In this document: positions 51,115 to 58,373 of the stretch, one piece after another
Layout: each line of letters starts with the position of its first letter
Numbering within the stretch: position 1 is the stretch's first letter
DNA from: Marispirochaeta sp.
GTDB lineage: Bacteria > Spirochaetota > Spirochaetia > JC444 > Marispirochaetaceae
Direction of reading: 5' to 3'
Assembly: GCA_963676835.2 (NCBI GenBank)
Contig: CAXXFF010000002.1
Span: 512,001 to 576,000, forward strand
Length of the DNA: 64,000 bases
Notes under the pieces: generated by a model
Seen by the model: the letters and a program-made list of their open reading frames with translations, nothing else
Told to the model about the DNA's origin: nothing
Database searches by the model: none
Made by a program: the position numbers and the translations under genes

Positions 51115-51462
51115 TTACGAAACCCGCGAATATTCCAAACTAGTATGTTCATTCCAAAAATCGATGCCTTTCAACAGCATCGATAGCTGTTCCGGGGTAA
51201 TCATACGTGCAGTTTCTTCGGTTACGGGCCAGGGAAACTTATGCTTTTCCAGTTTCTTCTGCCAGAGACAGAATCCGTTCTTGTCCCAGTAGAGGGCTTT
51301 CATAATTCGTCGTTCGCGGTTGCAGAACAGAAACAGATTGCCGCTTAACGGATTTTCATTCATATAGTCCTGCACCATGACAACTAAGCCGTTGATTGCT
51401 TTACGCATATCAGTGATGCCTGGCCGGATAAATATCTGTACCGCTGATAAATCTGGGGTCAT
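51115..51462 (-). CDS. tnpB: IS66 accessory protein (outer)
   Basis: TDMRKAINGL, LYWD.NGF.LW.KKLE. Confidence 0.95.
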   Translation of the reverse strand: MTPDLSAVQIFIRPGITDMRKAINGLVVMVQDYMNENPLSGNLFLFCNRERRIMKALYWDKNGFCLWQKKLEKHKFPWPVTEETARMITPEQLSMLLKGIDFWNEHTSLEYSRVS

Positions 51463-51693
51463 TCATAAACCCTCAAGGCTGTTAATACTGCTTTAAGCTG
51501 GTCATGGTTTGCTGTTACCGGCAGAGTAATAACAATATCGTGCAACTTTATGGTAATGGTTTCTTTTTTGGATAAATGATGAAAAGAGCTTTTTACTGGT
51601 ATGAACCCGGCTGCTGCTGTTTCAGAAGCTAATCCTGTTTGTACGGCACGTTTCCTTTGTAACCGTCAATTAAACCTCACCCAGAGAAAAAAA

Positions 51694-53223
51694 TCAGAGG
51701 GAAATATTCCATGGCAGCAATTTTTCCCAGTTATCAGATTCATTCATGAGTGGAGCTTCCTCAAAAACGCGTCTCAGGTAGTCGTTCGGGTTCACATTAT
51801 TTTGTTTGGCTGTCTCAATCAGTGAATACATGGCACAGGAACTTTCAGCCCCCTTTGGACTACCGGAAAATAACCAGTTCTTTCGGCCCAGCACAAATGG
51901 CCGGATGGCCTGCTCCGCGCTATTGTTGTCCGGCGTCAGATAAGGCGAATCAAGGTAGTGTACCAGTTTCTCCCATTCGTTCAAGGTGTACTGAATTGCT
52001 TTCCCAAGCAATAACGAAGGAGGAACCTGCTGACTGCGTTTTTCAAGCCAGGTTCTAAACTTCTGCAAAACCGGTTCCGCCTGAGATTTGCGCTGGTCAA
52101 CAAACTGGTCTTCGGGCAATTCCATACTGCGAAGACGCTCTTCAATCCCATACAGTTTCCTGATGGCATTCAATGCTTCCTGTGCACTTGCTGCTTTCTT
52201 CGAGGCCTTTGCAGCTTCATGAAACTTTCGCCGAACATGGGCCATGCAGCCGACATGGACTATCTGTTCATTCCCCGCCAGGGCTGTACGATACGCATCA
52301 TAGCCGTCAGTCTGTAAAAAGCCGCTGAATCCATCGAGAAGTTCTTTAATATGTCGGGACCCGCGGGTTTCCCGGTATGAGTAAAGCAATCCCGGGTTTT
52401 CCGGAGGGCCGCCGCGGGCAAGCCACATATAGGATTTCGCCGTGTCTGGGCGTTCCGGTTCTCCGTGTACCTGGACCGGGGTTTCATCCATGTTGATGAC
52501 CGGCCCTGACCGGATATGCATTTTCAGAGTCTCAATTAAAGGTTCAATCTTTTCATACGTCATCTGCTGCCAGTTGCTCATGTTCTGACGGCTTATGTGG
52601 ATGCCGATCCGCTCAAATCGTTTCTCCTGCCGGTAATAGGGCAGATGATCTACAAATTTATTCACTATGATGAAGGAGAGCAATCCAGGCGTTACAATGC
52701 TTTTAGGGATGATACTTGCAGGGGGGGCAGCAACCCTTACTGCCGGCTTCTCTTCATCCCCGGAGCCTTCACAGTTCTTGCAGGCATACTTGGGACGGAT
52801 AATCAGTTCTACCCACATCTTCGGGGGGATTACCTGTAAGCGCTCGCTGGTCTCTTCGCCGATACGAACCAGCGCATGGCCGCAGGCACACTGTTTTTCA
52901 TCTTCGGGAATATCAATGATGATCTCTTCCCGGGGAAGGCTTTCATCAATTGGTTTTCTGCCGGATTTCTTGCGGGGATGGGACTGAACTGGTACGGAAG
53001 TCTCTGATGCATCGTTCTCCGAAGTACCATTCTCTTCAAGCCCGAACAACAGCGGTTGATACTCATCCTGTTGTTCTTTTTCACTTTTACGGCCAAATTT
53101 CTGAAGAAGAAGCAACTTGTACTGCTCCTCCAAGGCACCGTAGCGATGTTCCCAGGAACTGTTTGCTGTCTCAAGAGAGTGAATGTAGTCTTGTACTTCC
53201 TTCGGAAGGGCTGCAACATCCAT
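51694..53223 (-). CDS. tnpC: IS66 DDE transposase (inner)
   Basis: Near-identical to outer tnpC. Confidence 0.95.
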   Translation of the reverse strand: MDVAALPKEVQDYIHSLETANSSWEHRYGALEEQYKLLLLQKFGRKSEKEQQDEYQPLLFGLEENGTSENDASETSVPVQSHPRKKSGRKPIDESLPREEIIIDIPEDEKQCACGHALVRIGEETSERLQVIPPKMWVELIIRPKYACKNCEGSGDEEKPAVRVAAPPASIIPKSIVTPGLLSFIIVNKFVDHLPYYRQEKRFERIGIHISRQNMSNWQQMTYEKIEPLIETLKMHIRSGPVINMDETPVQVHGEPERPDTAKSYMWLARGGPPENPGLLYSYRETRGSRHIKELLDGFSGFLQTDGYDAYRTALAGNEQIVHVGCMAHVRRKFHEAAKASKKAASAQEALNAIRKLYGIEERLRSMELPEDQFVDQRKSQAEPVLQKFRTWLEKRSQQVPPSLLLGKAIQYTLNEWEKLVHYLDSPYLTPDNNSAEQAIRPFVLGRKNWLFSGSPKGAESSCAMYSLIETAKQNNVNPNDYLRRVFEEAPLMNESDNWEKLLPWNISL

Positions 53224-53285
53224 ACTGAAAAAAATTCTAGCATACAGCTCTTTCTCTGTAAATTCCTTTACACCATTAAAATGCT

Positions 53286-53633
53286 TTAAGAAACACGGGA
53301 ATATTCCAAAGTAGTATGTTCATTCCAGAAATCGATGCCTTTCAACAGCATCGATAGCTGTTCCGGGGTAATGGCAAGAGCATCTTCTTCAGTTACGGGC
53401 CAGGGGAATTTATGCTTTTCCAGTTTCTTCTGCCACAGGCAGAAACCATTCCGGTCCCAATACAATGCCTTCATGATTCGTCGTTCGCGGTTGCAGAACA
53501 GAAACAGATTGCCGCTTAACGGATTTTCATTCATATAGTCCTGCACCATGACAACTAAGCCGTTGATTGCTTTACGCATATCAGTGATGCCTGGCCGGAT
53601 AAATATCTGTACGGCTGATAAATCTGGGGTCAT
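53286..53633 (-). CDS. tnpB: IS66 accessory protein (inner)
   Basis: As outer tnpB. Confidence 0.95.
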   Translation of the reverse strand: MTPDLSAVQIFIRPGITDMRKAINGLVVMVQDYMNENPLSGNLFLFCNRERRIMKALYWDRNGFCLWQKKLEKHKFPWPVTEEDALAITPEQLSMLLKGIDFWNEHTTLEYSRVS

Positions 53634-53959
53634 TCATAAACCCTCAAGGCTGTTAATACTGCTTTTAGCTGGTCATGATTTGCTGTTACCGGCAGAGTAA
53701 TAACAATATCGTGCAACTTTATGGTTATGGTTTCTTTTTCGGATAAATGATGAAAAGAGCTTTTTACTGGTATGAACCGGGCTGCTGCTGTTTCAGAGCC
53801 TATTCCGGTTTGTACGGCACGTTTCCTTTCGGCTTTTTTCCAGCTGTAAAACGTTGTGGGTGGTATTTCGTGCTGCCGGCAATACTCCTGCCCGCTTAAC
53901 CCGCTTTTTTCCCAATTTCTAAGATGTTCACACTGCTGTTCCCGGTTATATTTGACCAT
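53630..53959 (-). CDS. tnpA: IS66 HTH protein (inner)
   Basis: WEKSGLS..EYC..H.I...TFYSW, FIPV. Confidence 0.9.
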   Translation of the reverse strand: MVKYNREQQCEHLRNWEKSGLSGQEYCRQHEIPPTTFYSWKKAERKRAVQTGIGSETAAARFIPVKSSFHHLSEKETITIKLHDIVITLPVTANHDQLKAVLTALRVYE

Positions 53960-54232
53960 GCGATTCCTCCATTAAGGGAGGATTGTAGGGCATTCATTGA
54001 TGTCGGCATAAGGTGGGGTTTAATTGACGGTTACTTTCCTTTCGGCTTTTTTCCAGCTGTAAAATGTTGTGGGTGTTATTTCGTGCTGCCGGCAATACTC
54101 CTGCCCGCTTAACCCACTTTTTTCCCAATTTCTAAGATGTTCACACTGCTGTTCCCGATTATATTTGACCATGCGATTCCTCCATTAAGGGAGGATTGTA
54201 GGGCATTCATTGATGTCGGCATAAGGTGGGGT

Positions 54233-54652
54233 TTAATTGACGGTTACGTTTGACTCTTGCACCCAGTTTTCAATGATCAGTTTGGGTACTCTCTCAAATT
54301 CCTTTACATTATTTGTAACAAGACATAAGTTTCTTGTTACACACTGTGCGGCTATTTGGAGATCATATGGCCCAATTGGGGTACCTAATTTATTTAGATA
54401 AGCACGTATATACCCGAAGTTCTCAGCGTCTAATTCACTAAAAGGGATAATTTCAAAAGGAGACAGAAATCCATATAGTAATTCCCTATTTCGATCAGGA
54501 TATAAACTTTTTGCTATTCCATACTCCAGTTCAGCTATAGTAATTGAAGAAAGAGCAATATTAAACAACTCTTCATCCTCTATCCTGATTTGAAGTTCGG
54601 GATATTTCTTTTTCATTAAATAAATACAAATATTTGTATCAAGTAAATACAC
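54233..54652 (-). CDS. vapC: VapC PIN-domain toxin (last codons supplied by IS66 end)
   Basis: YLLDTNICI, GPYDLQIAA, LVTNN..EF.RV. Confidence 0.92.
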   Translation of the reverse strand: MYLLDTNICIYLMKKKYPELQIRIEDEELFNIALSSITIAELEYGIAKSLYPDRNRELLYGFLSPFEIIPFSELDAENFGYIRAYLNKLGTPIGPYDLQIAAQCVTRNLCLVTNNVKEFERVPKLIIENWVQESNVTVN

Positions 54653-54882
54653 TATATACTTTCCCGTTCTTGCATTTCGGGCTGCTCTCTCCCTTCCGAG
54701 AATAAATCATCGGAAAACATATTTATACTATTTCTAAAAGAAGACCATAAATCATCTTTTGAAGTTAGAATAATAGAGCTTCCTACTTTATGTATAAGGA
54801 GCTCCGAATCAGAAATCGCATATTCTTTTGGGATTCTAATAGCTTGGCTATTGCCACTTCGGAATACTTTTACCGTTTGCAT
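54652..54882 (-). CDS. vapB: VapB (AbrB-type) antitoxin
   Basis: KVFRSGNSQAIRIPKEY. Confidence 0.92.
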   Translation of the reverse strand: MQTVKVFRSGNSQAIRIPKEYAISDSELLIHKVGSSIILTSKDDLWSSFRNSINMFSDDLFSEGREQPEMQERESI

Positions 54883-54902
54883 ATTTTATGCCTCCTGCAT
54901 CA

Positions 54903-54931
54903 AGTATATACCTATGTGTATACATTTTCAA
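54903..54931 (-). promoter_or_regulatory. vapBC promoter/operator
   Basis: TTGAAA-N17-TATACT overlapping the imperfect palindrome GTATATAC-N4-GTGTATAC. Confidence 0.7.
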
Positions 54932-54943
54932 GAGTCAAATGAC

Positions 54944-55038
54944 ATATAACGTCCCGGGGTTATGTGACGTACGGCGTAAGCCGTATGTGGCGCAGCCCGA
55001 GGAGCGTATAGCGACGAAGCACATAGCCCCTGTTATAC
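54944..55038 (-). repeat. attC-like site 4
   Basis: ATATAAC-gtccc-ggggttatgtg...cacatagcccc-t-GTTATAC. Confidence 0.88.
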
Positions 55039-55052
55039 GACGTTTCATATAT

Positions 55053-55460
55053 CTACCTTTGAGCAATTATTTCTTTTACAAACTCTTTTGAAAAATCGTA
55101 TTGCTCAGAGTTTTCCACCTCAAATTTTATATTATATCCTTCCGAATATTTTCTGGCGGTTGATACCATTTCTTTATATTTTACCATATCCTCTTTAGAC
55201 TCAAAATATTCTTTTTCATTTTTTCTAATAGCCATACTCAGAATAAAGGAATCGTTCAACGGAATAAAATAGTAAAGTGCTTTTTTCTTATCTTCTACTT
55301 TTTCCATCCAGCCACTCGATCTTGAATGATTCCAGGTGTGTTGAAAATCTTTTGTCAATTTATTTAAATCTTGATAATATTCGGAAACAACACCGAGTGC
55401 TTCATTTATTTTTTCGTTTGTAGGTTCATTCGATTTTTCTTTAAACGGTCTTTCACTCAC
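55053..55460 (-). CDS. DUF3788-like protein (cassette)
   Basis: PT...I..ALG, SGW..K..KKKAL.Y.IP, YSEG. Confidence 0.65.
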   Translation of the reverse strand: MSERPFKEKSNEPTNEKINEALGVVSEYYQDLNKLTKDFQHTWNHSRSSGWMEKVEDKKKALYYFIPLNDSFILSMAIRKNEKEYFESKEDMVKYKEMVSTARKYSEGYNIKFEVENSEQYDFSKEFVKEIIAQR

Positions 55461-55491
55461 TTTTTACTCCATTTTAGATATGTGATATGTC

Positions 55492-55637
55492 GTATAACGT
55501 GATGCGAATATGCGAAGATATTCGCTGAAATTATACTATCATGTTTGTCCATTAGAACAAACATGATTTTTGTAAAATGCAAGAGCGGATATTTTGAGCG
55601 AAGGCTGAAAGCCGTAGCCGCATATTCGCAGTTAGTA
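55492..55637 (-). repeat. attC-like site 5
   Basis: GTATAAC-gtgat-gcgaatatgcg...cgcatattcgc-a-GTTAGTA. Confidence 0.88.
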
Positions 55638-55659
55638 GAAGTGTTTAATTTTTTTATAA

Positions 55660-56106
55660 CTATAATTCGTTTGTTCTACCAAAAGCAAAAGTTGCTTTTG
55701 ATGTGTATTTTGCAGAAAACCCTTTCATTTCTGAATCCATGGCTTGATCTAACATTATTATTGCATTTGCACCTTTTGTTTTAGCATAATCCTTCAATAA
55801 TTTATAATACTCAGAAGCATCTGGTTGCTTATAATTCATATTGAACCCTGATAATTTGTTCGTTGTATTTATTGTGATCATTCCAATTTGATTGTATTTA
55901 AAAGAAGGTGGTATTAACATATTAGAATGATATGCAACGGCTGAATCAACCGCTAATGCAGGATAAACTTTACCTGTTGGTATATACAATTCTTCTAAAT
56001 CAGTCATTGTATAATCTGATACATTACTTTTTTCTTTGTTTGTAGATGTTGTTACACATCCCAATAATGTTAATAAAAGTACTAAAATTAAAATTAACTT
56101 TCTCAT
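55660..56106 (-). CDS. Hypothetical lipoprotein (cassette)
   Basis: Lipobox LLGC, AKTKGANAII (YbjQ-like). Confidence 0.7.
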   Translation of the reverse strand: MRKLILILVLLLTLLGCVTTSTNKEKSNVSDYTMTDLEELYIPTGKVYPALAVDSAVAYHSNMLIPPSFKYNQIGMITINTTNKLSGFNMNYKQPDASEYYKLLKDYAKTKGANAIIMLDQAMDSEMKGFSAKYTSKATFAFGRTNEL

Positions 56107-56185
56107 GGTCACTCCTTAATTATTAATAAATTATTTATAGCAAAATTTCTTCTTAAAATCAATATTCTATAATTTTAAACACTTC

Positions 56186-56445
56186 TACTAACGTTCCGCG
56201 AATATATGAATTTTCTATCAAAAACACGGGTTTATTTTCAATATAACGCCGTTTTCTGCTGCAGACCGTGAAATTGGCGCAGAATGTGCGTAAGCAGATT
56301 CTGTGACAATAGGGCTGACAGTAGCAAAACATGGTTATATTGTCGTTTATTATAGCATGTAAATTGTTTATTTCGGAACCAATTCTTTTTGATAGAAATT
56401 TGGCGAAGCCCGGAGCGAAGCGGAGCATATCATTCGCTGTAAAAC
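56186..56445 (-). repeat. attC-like site 6 (260 bp, long internal insert)
   Basis: TACTAAC-gttcc-gcgaatatatg...catatcattcgc-t-GTAAAAC. Confidence 0.8.
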
Positions 56446-56473
56446 GAAGTTTTCTTGGGGGCGCGTACAATAA

Positions 56474-56890
56474 TTAATGCTGATGTACGAAGCTGTTAAT
56501 AAAATTTCCATCCATATCAAAAACAATGTCGAATGTATCAGGATCAATTCCATACCCAGTCCACCAACCTATTGAATATAATAATATATCTCTCTCTTCT
56601 TCATAATCATTGATAAAGGCATCCTCTGGTTCTCCTAAGAGTTCAATTGTTTCTAGTTTATTTAATTTTTTCTCATTCAAAATACTTTGTAGTGATTCTA
56701 CCATTTTCCCGCGATCATTATCGGTGCCCCAGTTTCCAGCATTTTCCTTCCAAACCACTTCATTAAAAGGGAGATCATCGAAAATATTTCCACCTTTTGC
56801 AATGTAGGAGACACAACTAGAAAAAATTAGAGTTGCGAAGAATATCAGAAAAACTGAAATGTTGTTCCTATGCGTAAAGATCGTTTTCAT
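56474..56890 (-). CDS. Hypothetical lipoprotein (cassette)
   Basis: Lipobox FSSC, RGKMV..L, IELLGEP. Confidence 0.7.
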   Translation of the reverse strand: MKTIFTHRNNISVFLIFFATLIFSSCVSYIAKGGNIFDDLPFNEVVWKENAGNWGTDNDRGKMVESLQSILNEKKLNKLETIELLGEPEDAFINDYEEERDILLYSIGWWTGYGIDPDTFDIVFDMDGNFINSFVHQH

Positions 56891-56918
56891 TTTGAAAAAT
56901 ATCCCCCAAGAAAATTTT

Positions 56919-57009
56919 GTTTAACGTTCTGACAATATATGAAGTCTACCACGGAGTGGGAGATTTGGCGAAGCCCGAAGCGAAGCGGAGCATATATTGT
57001 CTGTTAGAA
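56919..57009 (-). repeat. attC-like site 7
   Basis: GTTTAAC-gttct-gacaatatatg...catatattgtc-t-GTTAGAA. Confidence 0.88.
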
Positions 57010-57063
57010 GTAGTTACATCCTGCCATTGCATAATAAATAAACCGAAAGGAAAACACTAAGAT

Positions 57064-57513
57064 TTAATACAGTGGTTCAAACTGCTTATTCTCGGGATTC
57101 CAGAAATATACACGAGCATTATTAATGAAGTTTTTCCCTTCATTTGTGTAGACTGATAACTTTAAAGTTATATCGTCTCCTATTTCAATTTTATACCCAT
57201 AGAAGACTGAATCTCGACGCATTGGCACTTTGTGAGGATCTTTGCTCCAATAGTCTGTAATCATCTCTTTCTCAATTCTAAAAACTTCATGAATAGATCT
57301 GGAGCTCGTAGAAAGGATTAGCATTTGGTCAAAAAAAGTTTGACTATCGTCAATGTAGTGGAATCCGAAATATAAACCCTGAGGTTCGAAGGAGGTGATA
57401 ATGAACTCTTTTTCATTAAAAAAAGATTTCATTTCATCGTCAATTGACTCAGAGAATGAAAAATATGAAAAACCTAAAAGAAAAACTAGCGTGATGAAAT
57501 ATTTTTTTGACAT
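57064..57513 (-). CDS. Exported hypothetical protein (cassette)
   Basis: Signal peptide, bounded by sites 7 and 8. Confidence 0.65.
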   Translation of the reverse strand: MSKKYFITLVFLLGFSYFSFSESIDDEMKSFFNEKEFIITSFEPQGLYFGFHYIDDSQTFFDQMLILSTSSRSIHEVFRIEKEMITDYWSKDPHKVPMRRDSVFYGYKIEIGDDITLKLSVYTNEGKNFINNARVYFWNPENKQFEPLY

Positions 57514-57550
57514 GTACATCTCCATAACCAATTGAAAAGGATGTAATTAC

Positions 57551-57640
57551 TTCTAACGTTCCGGGTTTATATGACGTTTTTGCAACGCAAAAATGTGGCG
57601 TAGCCCAAGCCGAAGGCGCAGCATATAAACCCTGTTATAC
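57551..57640 (-). repeat. attC-like site 8
   Basis: TTCTAAC-gttcc-gggtttatatg...catataaaccc-t-GTTATAC. Confidence 0.88.
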
Positions 57641-57660
57641 GATGGTTTTTGGTTCAGTTG

Positions 57661-57942
57661 TCAGGCCTTCTGAATTTTCCAAACTGAATCCTTTAATTCC
57701 CTATATGCTTCCATACCAGGACTGAGATCAGAAATATCATTTATTGATGAATCAATATTCAAAGCTTCTTGCATACTGATCACACGGCCATCTTCTGTAT
57801 TATTAGTTGTTCCACAAAAAAATCCCCAAGAATGATCATCCTCATAGTGCACAACTTTTAAAATGGGATATCCTTCTTCAAGCACTTGCTTTGTGGTAAT
57901 TGCAGCAGTATTTGGCGATTGATCAAAATTCCATTTATCCAT
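57661..57942 (-). CDS. DUF2185/immunity-like small protein (cassette)
   Basis: VVHYEDDHSWGFFCG, ID.SI..I.DL.PG..A.R. Confidence 0.6.
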   Translation of the reverse strand: MDKWNFDQSPNTAAITTKQVLEEGYPILKVVHYEDDHSWGFFCGTTNNTEDGRVISMQEALNIDSSINDISDLSPGMEAYRELKDSVWKIQKA

Positions 57943-57983
57943 CAGCATACCATTTCTATAAAATAAGTTTTCCAAAAACTATC

Positions 57984-58134
57984 GTATAACGTCTCGCCAA
58001 TATGCGAAGTTGCCTGGCACCCCATCGGGGTTGATAAATGCTGGGAAAATTGTAGCACGGTTTTTCCGGCATTTGTCAAAGGCAATTTGGGTGCAGTGAG
58101 CAAAGCGAACGGAACCGCATATTGGCTGTTATGC
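57984..58134 (-). repeat. attC-like site 9
   Basis: GTATAAC-gtctc-gccaatatgcg...cgcatattggc-t-GTTATGC. Confidence 0.88.
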
Positions 58135-58336
58135 GAAGGAATCAGACTTTTATTCCTGCTCACACCAGCGTCGTTCTTGCCGGGTGCGACTGCACCTTAA
58201 TGAAGCCTTCCACTTGGACGGTCTTTATTACGCATTGCGTATTAATTCCCGGCCCGCGCAACTCTTTAAAAAGCAGGAATTACGACACCATTTTTAATGG
58301 TGCGACTATATATCCCCACTGATTCTTTCGCATAAC
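58128..58336 (-). other. ORF-less first cassette with multiple stems (candidate ncRNA or regulatory cassette)
   Basis: Bounded by an 18-bp IR, no credible ORF, several inverted repeats. Confidence 0.6.
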
Positions 58337-58352
58337 TACACTTATCCGCATT
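58325..58352 (-). promoter_or_regulatory. attI-like / dif-like primary recombination site
   Basis: TTTCGCATAA-CTACAC-TTATCCGCAT. The last cassette end is not followed by an attC core; the site abuts the integrase. Confidence 0.7.
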
Positions 58353-58373
58353 GTACATTAAGTTCCCCATTAT

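Larger units (their letters stand above)
51659..54034 (-). mobile_element. IS66 family element (inner, intact)
   Basis: Same TIRs, 8-bp TSD TTTCCTTT (51651-51658 and 54035-54042). Confidence 0.95.
51459..54172 (-). pseudogene. tnpA: IS66 tnpA (outer), split by inner IS66
   Basis: 5' part at 54035-54172 and 3' part at 51459-51658 both match inner tnpA. Confidence 0.9.
49498..54247 (-). mobile_element. IS66 family element (outer copy, interrupted by inner copy)
   Basis: 23-bp TIR GTAACCGTCAATTAAACCYCACC, 8-bp TSD GTTTGACT (49490-49497 and 54248-54255). Confidence 0.95.

Noticed and set aside
51115..53633. tnpB as RNA-guided nuclease (IS200/605 TnpB)
   Set aside because: These are 115-aa IS66 accessory proteins with no RuvC domain.
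56159..56470. 103-aa ORF (also 57942..58163, 55545..55784, 54888..55091, 48586..48885)
   Set aside because: These run through attC-like sites and are spurious translations of the recombination sites.
48031..58336. Shufflon/invertible-segment interpretation of the IR-flanked genes
   Set aside because: All cassette genes and all sites have the same polarity; inversion would give mixed orientations.
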